64,000 nucleotides of DNA from the NCBI RefSeq assembly GCF_001194135.2, contig NC_068981.1, positions 3,172,331 to 3,236,330 of the forward strand, in the 5' to 3' direction. A program made the position numbers and the translations under genes. This stretch comes from Octopus bimaculoides. Its lineage: Eukaryota. Positions 1 to 11,439 of the stretch are shown here, piece by piece. The notes beneath the pieces are model-generated. The model was not told the DNA's origin and made no database searches. It saw only the letters and a program-made list of their open reading frames with translations. Every line of letters starts with the position of its first letter. The first letter of the stretch is position 1.

Positions 1-72
1 TATTAATTTCTTTTACGTGTTGAACCAGAAAGCCTTATTAATTCCAGGTAGATACATGGACATAGTACTGTG

Positions 73-131
73 TAAAAAAAAACTGTTTGTGAGCAGTACT
101 GTGTAAACTGCTCACAAACAGTTTTTTTTTA
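73..131. repeat. Perfect 25-bp inverted repeat with a 9-nt loop
   Basis: TAAAAAAAAACTGTTTGTGAGCAGT (73-97) is the exact reverse complement of 107-131. Confidence 0.95.
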
Positions 132-3100
132 TGTGTACCACAGTACACCAAATGGTAATGGAATCGTAATTTTGTTTCTGTTTTCCATGCTTGCATGTGT
201 GAGAGGAATTTGTTGAAGCAAATTTTCTTTGGTCGGATGCCTTTCCTGTAGTCATGCCTCACCTATTTCTGTGTGAGATTATACTTCCTCTTGGCAGAAC
301 ACGTTTCCACAGAAGGCTGGAAACGAATGATACAGCTTGTATGATGGTGACACTTGCTGACAACCATCATATGATGTCAGCACAGGGAGACAAACACACA
401 TATACGTATGATGGGCTTCATTCACTTTATTTCAATCAAATCCATTTATAAGGGTTTGGTCAGCTCAGAGCTATAGTAGAAGACACTTGCTTAAGGTGCT
501 ATGCAGTAAAACTGAATACCTGGTAGGGAGAGAGAGAGAGAGAGAGAGATGAATATTGTGTGTGTGTGCATATGTGTATTATATATGTATGTAAATAAAT
601 ATTGACTTGAACACAAGTCAATTTGATTATATTCTGAAAGACTATCACAAGGTTCAGAAAGGCTTCTTTCTCTTTTCTCTTTGGAACAAGTTAATACTCT
701 GAAGTGTTCTTAGTAAAATTTTTCAACTGATTATTGAACCCTTTGGTTGCCATATTTCTGTAGAAATATCTTTATTTCAATTTTGAAAATTGCATTTATC
801 AAGTTCAAGCATTTTTACACTACATCAGTGACTCTGTATTATTTACTTGTACTGTTTTAAATGTGGAAACAGAATCTAAAATCATGAGGTCTAAAAACCA
901 AGTAAGAATACAGAACCCAACTTGTGTTCAGGAAGAGGTCATGCTCGATATGAGGAGGAGGAGAAGTAAATGAGGAACGATGTATAATCATTGTAGGCTA
1001 TGAGTGCATAAAAAATACAGGAGTTCGTTATAGGTGCTGGAGTGGCTGTGTGGTAAGACGTTTGCACTTATAAATCACATGGTTGTGGGTTCAGTCCCAC
1101 TGCATAGCATCTACTATAGCCACAAGTCAACCAAAGATGCTCGTTGTATGTATATGTGTCCTTGTATCTGTGTTTGTCCCCACCACTGTTTGACAACCGG
1201 GGTTGGTGTGCCTCAGTCTCTGTAACTTAGGCAGTTTGGCCAAAGTAACCGATAGAATAAGGACCAGGCTTGATAAAAAAGTACTGAGGTCAATTTGTTT
1301 CACTATGCTCCAATTGTCTGTTTTAGTTTGGTTCCTATGGCTGGGTGCTCTTCCTAACATCAACCACTTTACAGAGTGTATTGGGTGCTTTTTATGTTAC
1401 ACCGGCATGGTTGCCTCTTGCGTGGCGCCAGCACAGGTGTTCATTAAGTGGCACCAGCACAGGTGTTCATTAAGTGGCACCAGCACAGGTGCTTTTTGAA
1501 AAACTTTTTAGGATGTAGTAAAAAGAAAAATATGTGTATGTAATCTAAATACCTATTTTAGAGGTGATTTTATTACTTATGTTGTTCTTAGGTACCTGCA
1601 TTCATTTTGCTGATGCATGTGATCCTTTTGTATAATTCATCATTTTAACATCCACTTTTCTATGCTTGCATGGATCAGATGGTATCTGTTGTGGCATATT
1701 TTTTACAGCCAGATGCCTTTCCTGTTTCTAACTCTCACCTGTTTCCAAGCAAGTTAATATTCCCCCTTGACCAGGCATGTTTTCATGTAAGACTGGAAAC
1801 AAATGACACTGTTTGTATGATGGTGATGCTTGCTTAGAACTGTAATGTTAGAATAAGGGTGGACACTCGTGTGTGTGTGTGGGCTTTGATCACCCTGAAG
1901 TTATAGTAGGCACTTGTGTACATTGCAATACAGTAGGACTAAGCCTGATACCAGTGTTGGAAAATGACCTACTTAACTATACAGCCACGCTTGTGATGTA
2001 GATTTTCTTATTGAAAATGGGACAGAGACTGGTTATAGTGTTTGACATCATCATCATCGTTTAACGTCTGCCTTCTATGCAGGCATGGGTTGGACGTTTT
2101 AACTGAGGACTGGCAAGCCTGAAGGTTGTACCAGGCTCCAATCTGATCTGGGAAGGTTTCTACAGCTGGATGCCCTTCCAACGCCAACCACTCCGAGAGT
2201 GTAATGGGTGCTTTTTACATGGCAGTACTGGCATCAACCATGCTTGAATGGTGCTTTTTATGTGCCACCAGCACGGATGCCAGTCAGGCAGCACTGGCAA
2301 TGACCACGCTCGAATGGTGCTTTATAATTAGATAATGTTGAGTTGAAACATTATGACCATAGTGTTATCTCTAGGCAGAACCACCTCAGTCTGCTTGTCA
2401 GATAATATGTATCACTCTCAGCAGCTGATTAGGATTAGAATAAGCATTCAGGAAGGTAAAAAATAACTGCACCAACACTATGCAAATATTAAGATTTGCA
2501 AACACTGTCTCACCCATTGTTAACTGGAAAAAGTTAGAATGGATGTAAAAAAATAAATCTAGAAAAGTGAGACAAGTTTTTATAAAAGGTTTTATTCTGA
2601 ACGTGAATTTAAACTTCACATTTAAACTAGTCATGCGTAACATGAATATTTTATCCATTTTATGTTCAAACCAGCCAGATCTGATCTCTCACACCTATCC
2701 TACAACATTATTCTAAAAGTGCAGCAGTAATGTTATTGAACTCTCAAAGCTATGGGATGATGCTTATTTAATTCAAAACCACAACAATAAATATGCTCTA
2801 CACGTGACTGAAAAATCTGAATGCAAAAGGGTTAAACCATGATTTCACATACAAAATTAGTTGTTTAGCTCCAGGTCAGTTCTGATTGAGCTGACTTTTG
2901 ATTAAAGACATTCAGCAATGATTTTTCCATAGATTTTCAAGGATTATGTACCCCAGATTACAGTGTCCCCCTCATTTTTTTTTTTTTTTAAAGACAATTG
3001 AGTATACTGTTTGAGACAGAATTGGCTGCTTTTTTTAACTGGTCGAGTAAGCTATGAAGAGCTTCCTCCCATTCCTTCTGCATTGGAATGGTTTGTTTCT

Positions 3101-5106
3101 TTGATGGTTAAAAATAGAAAGCTTAATACTGTCAGGCTGCAAAGTTACTAGGGCTGGGCATGGGTAGAAATATTGACAAAGATTAATAAAAAAAATGCTG
3201 ACTTCCCTTGTACTGAAACTTTAGACTAAACCAACATCAAATACTCACAGCAAGAGAGGAAACTAACTAAACAAAGTTTCACCGAGTTAGCCCTTTTCAT
3301 ACTAATCTGTGTGGATCCACCCCTGGTTCTATGATACAAATGCTTTGTATTTAGATTACTCTGTCAAATCATCATCATCATCATTGTTTAATATCTGCTT
3401 TCCATGCTGGCAGGGATTGGATGGTTTGACATGGAGTTGGTTAGCAGGGAGCTGTCCAGACTCCATTTGTCCATTGTGACATGGTTTCTATGGCTGGATG
3501 GCCTTCCTAATGTAATCCTCATTTATTCACATTGTTTTGAATTTAATCATGCATTATCTCATAGCTTTGAAATTTCAATGATGTGATTTAGTTTTAAAAT
3601 GACATTGTAGGACAGGTGTGCGAAGCTGAATCTAGTCAGTTTGAATGTAAAACGGGTAGAATATTTTGCATTAGATGTGGCCAGTTTAAATGCTCAATGG
3701 TTAAAATAATCTTTGATCAAAATTTTGTGTTAATTTATGTTCCAAATATCAGCTTAATAATGAATTATGTTAATAAATTCATTTATTAAAGCGTGGTCGT
3801 TGCCAGAACTGCCTGACTGGACCTCGTGCCAATGGCACTTAAAAGCACCCACTGCACTCAGTGGTTGGCGTTAGGAAGGGCATCCAGCTGTAGAAGCTTT
3901 GCCAGATGAGAATGAGCCTGGTGCAGCCTTCTGGTCCACCAGTCCTCAGTCAAACCGTCCAACCCATGCCAGCATGGAAAGCGGACGTTAAATGACGGTG
4001 ATGATGAGGGCTTGTAACAGGAAGGGCATCTGCTTGTAGAAAGTCTGCCTCTATGAATTCCATCCAACCATGCACCAACTTGCTCTTCCCAGTCCTTCCC
4101 TCCTAGAACATTGGACTGTTGGAATCCCTTCCTGGCTCACGTCTCTCCTGCAAGTGTTGGCTTGAAATAGTTTGAACAGAAATTAGCACCCATTGAGCTT
4201 ACCAGTCTCTAATCTTTTATCTTTTACTTGTTTCAGTCATTACACTGTGGCCATGCTGGGGCACTACCTTGGAGAATTTTACTTGAATGAATCACCCCCA
4301 GTACTTATTCTTTTTTTTTTTTTTTTTTATTTTTATAAAGCCTGTTACTCATTCTATTGATCTCTTTTGCCGAACTGCTAAGTTACAGGGCCATAAACAC
4401 ACCAACACTGGTTGTCAATCAGTGGTGGGGTACAAACACAGAAAAAATGACTCACATACATACACACACATGTATATATATGACAGGCTTCTTTCAGTTT
4501 CCATCTACCAGATCCACTCACAAGGGTTTGGTCAGCCCTATGCTATAGTAGAAGTCACTTGCCTAAGGTGCCACTCAGTAGGACCGAACCCAGGACTATA
4601 TAGCTGGGAAGTAAACTTCTTACCACACAGCCAAGTCTTCCTCCAGAACCAGGAAGTAAAAGAGAAAAAAAATTTTACCAGAAGTATTTTACAAGCACTC
4701 TCATATTTTTAATGGTTCCAATCATTGGACTGTGGCCATGCTGAAGCACTGCCTCGAAGGGTTTTAGTTGAACAAATTGTCCCTAGTACTTATGCTTTTT
4801 TTTTAAGCCTTGTACTTATTCTGTTAGTGTCTTTTGCTGAACTACTAAGTTACAGGGATGTAAAACCAAGCCAACCCTAGTTATGAAGCTGTAGGTGTGC
4901 ATGTGTGTAGTTTGATACTCAAGGACACATACACACATACATATATATGTTAGGCTTCTACACAGTTTCCATCTACCAGATTCAGTTAAAATGCATTGGT
5001 TGGCCTGGGGCTATGGTAGGACACTTGCCTAAGGTGCCGTGCATTGGGACTAAACCTGAAACTGCCTGGTGTTGCAAAGTGAGCTTATTAACCGCAGTCA
5101 ATTGAA

Positions 5107-5327
5107 CCCTTTAGCATTCATTTTACTCTTTCAAATCTAATGCTTATTTATTTTCATTGTTTTATATTGGATAATGCACTATTTCATAGCTTTGAGATTT
5201 TGGTGATGTGATTAAGTATTTTCATTGACATTGTAGAGTAGGTGTGAGAGGCCAGATCTGACTGATTTGAAAATAAAACAGGCAGAATGTTTTATGGCTG
5301 GAGATGGCTGGTTTAAATGCTAAAGGG
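5107..5327. mobile_element. TTAA-flanked (piggyBac-like) MITE; related copies near 2650-2836, 3345-3700, 9893-10110, 10960-11155
   Basis: TIR CCCTTTAGCATT / AATGCTAAAGGG followed by TTAA; recurring internal sequence. Confidence 0.7.
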
Positions 5328-5854
5328 TTAATGGTGACTTGTAACATTTGTACACAAGTTTTGCAGGAGGGTGTTTTCAATTTAATTGACTCTTAGTACT
5401 TGTTTGGTATTTTGGAGGCGAGATGGCTGAGTTCCTTTCGAGTGTTGGAGTGTTGGGCCTCATGGAGGCAAAGTGGCTGAGATCCTTTTGAGTGTTTTGG
5501 CTCACGGAGGCAATGACCAAGACCTTTGGCATTATGTTGTGCTTGAGAAGAAGACCCATCAAGCCGAGCAAAATAGCAGTCATGGCAGAGACCGGTGTCA
5601 CGTAAAAGCACCCATTACACTCTCGGAGTAGTTGGTGGTAGGAAGGGCATCTAGCTGTAGAAAACCATGCCAACTCAGACTGGATCCTGGTGCAGCCTTC
5701 CAGTGTGCCAGCCCAGTCAAAGCGTCCAACCCATGCCAGCTTGGAAAACGGGTGCTAAATGATGATAATCCTGGAAGGATAAAAGTCACTATTGACATTG
5801 GTAGTATTTGAAGTTCGACCACAGACTGTAGCTAAATACCGAAAGTTATTATCA

Positions 5855-6235
5855 TAGGCACAGGCACGGCTGTGTGGTAAGAAGCTTGCTTCCCAACCAC
5901 ATGGTTCTGGGCTCAGTCCCACTGTGTGGCACCTTGGGCAAGTGTCTTCTACTAGAGCCTCGGGCTGACCAAATCCTTATGAGTGGATTTGGGAGACAGA
6001 AACTGAAAGAAGCCCATTGTATATATTTACATACATCTGTATTTGTCCCTCACCACTGCTTTACACCAGTGTTGGTTTGTTTACATCCATGCAACTTAGC
6101 AGTTTGACAAAAGAGACTGATGGTACAAGTACTAGGCTTAAAAAAAAAGTACTGGCACTGACTCAGTCAACTAAAAATTCTTCAAGGTGGTGCTGCAGTC
6201 TGGCCGCAGTCTAATGGCTGAAACGAATAAGAAAT
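5855..6235 (+). mobile_element. tRNA-derived SINE family A, near full length
   Basis: Head GGCTGTGTGGTAAGAAGC (A-box-like) and GGCTCAGTCCC (B-box-like), central (TA/TG)n, tail ...CAGTCTAATGGCTGAAAC. Copies also near 1033-1310 (+), 4213-4633 (-), 4710-5095 (-), 6855-7235 (+), 31540-31846 (-), 37540-37872 (-), 57249-57395 (+), 63300-63500 (+). Confidence 0.85.
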
Positions 6236-6782
6236 CAAAGCTGAATCCTTGAAATAACTGGCTTTCTGACAGTTGTACCAACCCACCTAATGCACTCTGG
6301 CTTTGTTTTGCATATAGCCTTAAGTTTGCTTTGCAACCACTTCGTTCTGGGTCCAATTCCACTGCATGGCACCTTGGACAAGTGTCTTCTAATGTTGTCT
6401 TGATCTGACCATGCTTTGTGAGTGAATTTGGTAGATGGAAACTGCTTGGAAGCCTATCATATATGTGTGTATCTTTGTGTTTGTCTCCCTCACGCATTGC
6501 TTAACAACAGGTGTGTATGTTCCTGTAACTTAGTGGTTTAGTGAAAAGTTTTGATAGCATAAGACTTAAAAATTAAGCACCTCTGTGGCATGTAAAAGCA
6601 CCCATTACACTCCTGGAGTGGTTGGCGTTAGGAAGGGCATCCAGCTGTAGAAAACCATGCCAAATCAGATTGGAGTCTGGTGCAGCCTTCCAGTGTGCCA
6701 GTCTGGTCAAACCGTTTAACCCATGCCAGCATGGACAATGAATGTTAAATGATGATGCTGAAGTTGATTTGTTTGGCTAAAC

Positions 6783-7430
6783 CAGTATTTCTTAAGCAGG
6801 GTCCACATGACCCTTGGGAGTCTATACAAGATTTTGTTGTTAAAATTTATCTTAGGGGTGGTTGTGTGGTAAGTAGCTTGCTTACAAACCACATGGTTCC
6901 GGGTTCAGTTCCACTACGTGGCACCTTGGGCAAGTGTCTTCTACTATAGCCTTGGGTCGACCAAAGCCTTGTAAGTGGATTTGGTAGATGGAAACTGAAA
7001 GAAGCCCGTCGTATATATGTATATATATGTGTGTGTGTGTCTGTGTTTGCTCTCCCCCCCACATCGCTTGACAACTGATACTGGTGTGTTTACGTCCCCA
7101 TAACTTAGTGGTTCGGCAAAATCGACTGATAGAATAAGTACTAGGCTTACAGAGAATAAGTCCTGGGGTTCATTTGCTCGACTAAAGGTGGTGCTCCAGC
7201 ATGGCCATAGTCAAATGGCTGAAACAAGTAAAAGAAGGAGAGAGAATAAGCTGTTTTTACTTCTGCAATACACAAAATTTTAAGAATTCTTAAGAAAAGA
7301 ATTTTTTTTATAGAATTCTTAATTATAAAAATAAAATAGGATTTTTTAAACCTCAAATGGCAAGGGGATGGGGTAAAGTAAAATGGGAATCAAAGGGGTC
7401 CATAGGTAAAAAAATGGTTGAGAAACATTG
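6783..7430. mobile_element. hAT-type MITE with a nested SINE (~6855-7235)
   Basis: Ends CAGTATTTCTTAAGC / GGTTGAGAAACATTG; near-TSD GGCTAAAC / CACTAAAC; body matches the uninterrupted copy at 41264-41504. Confidence 0.7.
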
Positions 7431-8062
7431 CACTAAACCAGCGGTTCCCCATGTTTTTGCACTCTTGACCCCTTAACCAAAAGCTTGAAAGCCACACGAC
7501 TCCCTACTATCAGCAGCTTGATTTACATTTTAATTAATATTATCCCAAGCCACTTCTAGCAAGGCTAAACGACTCTTCCCCCTCCACCCGGCTGGGACGG
7601 GGGGCACCAGTTGGGAGTGCTCCAGCATGGCTGTAGTCTAATGACTTAAACGAGATAAAACAAGAGAAATTCAATGTATTTAAATAATGATGTAAGGGAA
7701 ATAATGAAAAATGGACCAAAGACATGAATTTGGATAAGTTGAACCATTTTTGATACCATATACCTGTTGAAATACACTGCTTTTGTCTTAGTTAATTTCG
7801 AAAATTATAAAGAATTTAGTGAAATATCTTACATCATTAAGCTGTTGTCATGCCCATACTGGTGCTATGTAAAATTGATCTGAAATAAACTAATTACACT
7901 TCTACAGTACACAATATTTTAACAATTTTTTAAATATAATTCCTAATAATGTTGTAAAAATATGAATTTTTAAACATCAAATGGCCAAAGGGGTCCATCC
8001 GAGTAAAATGGGGATTAAGGAGGGGTCCCTAGGTGAAAAATGATTGAGAACCACAGATTTAA

Positions 8063-8283
8063 ACCTTTCATTGCTGTATTTCTGTTGAGATGCTCTGTGT
8101 TTCTTTCAATTAATTTTAAATATAACAAAGAATTTAGTAAAATAACTTAGTCATCATTCAGCTAGTGTTAGGAACATAAATTGTGACTAAGGTTTGGTGG
8201 AAGATTTTAATTCTAAACTTATGAAAACAAGACATTTGTACTCAGAGCCACAGCCAGTTTCAGCCGGGTTGGTACCGAAAGGG
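8063..8283. mobile_element. Second TTAA-flanked MITE family
   Basis: TTAA at 8059-8062 and 8284-8287; right end GGTACCGAAAGGG; related fragments near 7740-7840, 9420-9470, 18980-19016 and 19514-19720. Confidence 0.6.
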
Positions 8284-11226
8284 TTAAGAGAGATTCTAAT
8301 TTCGTGAAATTATCTCCCCTTTACTTAGTGTCTCCAAGACTCTGCATTAGATTTTTTTTTTCCTTTCAATAATTATTTTGTGTGCAGCACTCAGTACATC
8401 TCCCTTTAACCTAGTTAAATAAGACTTGCAAAGGAAAGAATTAATTTAGATGGCACATTACAACTAGCATGTTATTAATCTTCTAAATGTAGAATGGCAG
8501 GAACTTGTCTGCAGCGGGTGGTGGTGTCAACTTTGTTTTTTAACCCTCTGCTGTTGATAAAATAACTACCATTCAAGGTCAGTTCAACTGATTATATGCT
8601 CTCCACCCCTCCCACATATCTCTTTTACAATTTATGGGCATGTGCTAATATTGTTAAGCTAATGTTTAATAATAATAATCCTTTCTACTATATGCACAAG
8701 GCCTGAAATTTTTGGGGAGGGGGCCAGTCGATTACATCGACCCCAGTACTCAACTGGTACTTAATTTATCGACCCTGAAAGGATGAAAGACAAAGCTGAC
8801 CTTGGCAGAATTTAAATGCAGAACATAGCAACGGCAAAATACTGCTAAGCATTCCATACAGTGTGCTAACAATTCTGCCAGCTCACCACCTTTATAATAA
8901 TAATAATATTGGCAAGCTAGCAGAATTGTTAGCATGAGGAGCAAAATGCTTAGCGGCATTTCATCTGTCTTTGTGTTCTAAGTTCAGATTCTACCAAAGT
9001 CGACTTCACCTTTCATCCTTGCAGGGGTCAACAAAATTGACTTAACCACTTCCCCAAATTTTCTGGCCTTGTGCCTAAACTTGAAACCGATATTATTATT
9101 ATTATTATTATTATTATTCTTATTATTAAGCATTACTAATCCTTGAATAATCCTTTCTGCTGTAGGAACATGGTCTGAAATTGTGGTGGAGGGGGCAAGT
9201 CGATTACATCGGTCCCAGTATGTAACTGGTATTTAATTTATCGATCCCTGAAAGAATGCAAGGCAAAGTTGACCTCAATGGAATTTGAATTCAGAACATA
9301 GCAACGAGCAAGATACTGCTAAGCAATTTATCCAGCGTGCTCACAACTCTGCCAGCTCACCGCCTTACTAATCCTTGAATAATCTTAAGCGTTTTTATCT
9401 GGCTGCATTTTAAATCTCTAGATTAACCCTTTTGTTACCATATTTTTGTTGAGTTATACTATCTTTCATCATCTTTTAACATTCAGTTTTCCATGCTTGT
9501 TGGAGCAGAGGGAATTTGTTGAGGCAGATTTTCTATGGCCTGGAACCCTGTTGCCAACCCTCACCTGTTTCAAGGAAGGTAATATTACCCCATAGCCAGA
9601 CAAATGTGTGTGTATGTTTATATAAATTTATATCTATGTATGTATGTATATATATACATACACACACACACACAACAGGCTTCTTTCAGTTTTTGTCTGT
9701 CAGATCCATACACAAGACTTTGGTCAGCCCAGAGCTATAATTTAAGACACCCAAGGTGCTACACAGCAGGACTGAACACAAGACCACATAGATGGAGAGC
9801 AAACTTCTTAACCACATGTCTTTGCTTTAGTTAATTTCAAAAATAATAAATTTAGTGAAATAAATTTTATGGTGGTTTTAATTTAGATCACTTTAACCGT
9901 TTAGCATTCAGATTGCTCTGTCAAATGTAATGCTTATCTATTCATATTGTTTTGAATTGATCAAGCATTAGCTTATAGCTTGAAGATTACAACGATGTGT
10001 TTATTTTTGAAATGACATTGTAGGATAGATGTAAGATGCTGGATCTAACCAGTTTCAACATAAAACCGGTACAATATTTGGGTCCTAATACAGCTGGTTT
10101 AAATAAGTTTGTATCCTAGAAGTAAAGGCAGTCTCAGGTTGGTTCATATCAAAAGGGTTGACACAGCTTTTGCAGAGATTCCATGTTTATTTTGATGTTT
10201 AACTTTGTGTTGCTCTCTTGCAAATAAGCTGCTTAAATTTGAGAAAATAAAACCAGAATCATTTTTACCACATTCATATGTGCATAATGGGCTTCCTTCA
10301 GTTTCCATTTTCTGAATTCATTCACAAGGCATTGGTTGGCCCAGCGCTATGCTAGAAGAAAATTGCTCAAAGTGCAGCACAGTGGGACCGAACTTGAAAC
10401 CATTTGATTACAAAACGATTTTCATAACCACATGACCATGCCACACTCCTCATCATCATCATTTAACGTCCGTTGTCCATGCTGGTATGGGTTGGACGGT
10501 TTGACAAGGGCTGGAAGGCTGCCCCAGACTCCAGTCTGATTTGGCATGGTTTCCTATGGCTGGATGCCCTTCCTAATGCCAAACACTCTGGGTGCTTTTA
10601 GCCGTTCATCGTATTTGGGGTTGATAAAATAAGTACCATTTAAGCACTGAGATTGATGTAACCAACTAGCCTCCTCCAAGAAAATTTAACCTGTTCTGGC
10701 CCCTTCCTTCATACTCTTACCTTTCATCACCTAGCATTAAAGCTGCTTCCCTCACTAATGTAGCCCCTAAAACAGCCAAGTGGGACCTTTGTCTTGTGAG
10801 CTACATGACAACTTCAATAAGTGCAGTGCAAAAAAAGCACCCAGTACACTCTGTAAAGTGGTTGGCATTAGGAAGGGCATCCAGCCATAGAAACCATGCA
10901 AACCAGATACTAAGCATAATGCAATCCTTGGACCCATCAAATCTTGTTGAACCATCCAGCCCAGCCAAAATAGTCATCCTGTTTTATGTTCAAACTGACA
11001 TGATCCAGCTTCTCACACCTACCCTACAATGTTAGTCTAAAAAATATAGTCATGTAATCAAAATCTCAAGGCTACAAGATGATGCGTGATTAATTCAAAA
11101 CAATGAATAAATAATCCTTACATTTGTGATAGAATAATCTGGATGCTAAAGGGTTGAATGATGATATTTAAAGAGTTTCTCATTTTTAATTTTTTTAATT
11201 GCATCTTTTTTTTTTTTTCTTTTCAG

Positions 11227-11439
11227 TTTTTGAAGTGAACAACATCCTTGGATTGGAACGAACTGTTGCTGGGCTATGGCGAATGGGTGGCGTAAATGTT
11301 GTATGTACACCGTTGCGCACCTATGAAGCTGTGGCTCAATTTCTTGGTGTTGACGGATCTTTAATCTCACCTACTGTAGCACCTTTGCAGTCAGTTGAAA
11401 AAAGTCTATATTGGTTAGAATGTTTGGGCAATCCTGGCT
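11227..11439 (+). CDS. Gene 1 internal exon: C-terminal half of muconolactone-isomerase-like domain 1, linker and start of domain 2 (FEVNNILGLERTVAGLWRMGGVNVVCTPLRTYEAVAQFLGVDGSLISPTVAPLQSVEKSLYWLECLGNPG)
   Basis: Long T-tract then TTTCAG acceptor (AG 11225-11226); open frame; GTAAGT donor at 11440. Phase 1 at both ends and joins exon 17096 in frame (t+gt = Cys). Upstream exon(s) not identified in the window. Confidence 0.85.

Noticed and set aside
2375-2455. Exon-like segment (AG...MYHSQQLIRIRISIQE G|GTAAAA), phase-compatible with 11227
   Set aside because: Weak acceptor, and the peptide does not resemble the missing N-terminal half of domain 1. The real upstream exons probably lie before position 1.
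5855-5930. SINE heads (also 29300-29372, 32220-32280, 56192-56275) as tRNA genes
   Set aside because: They have A/B-box-like motifs but no complete cloverleaf, and each continues into a multi-copy SINE body.
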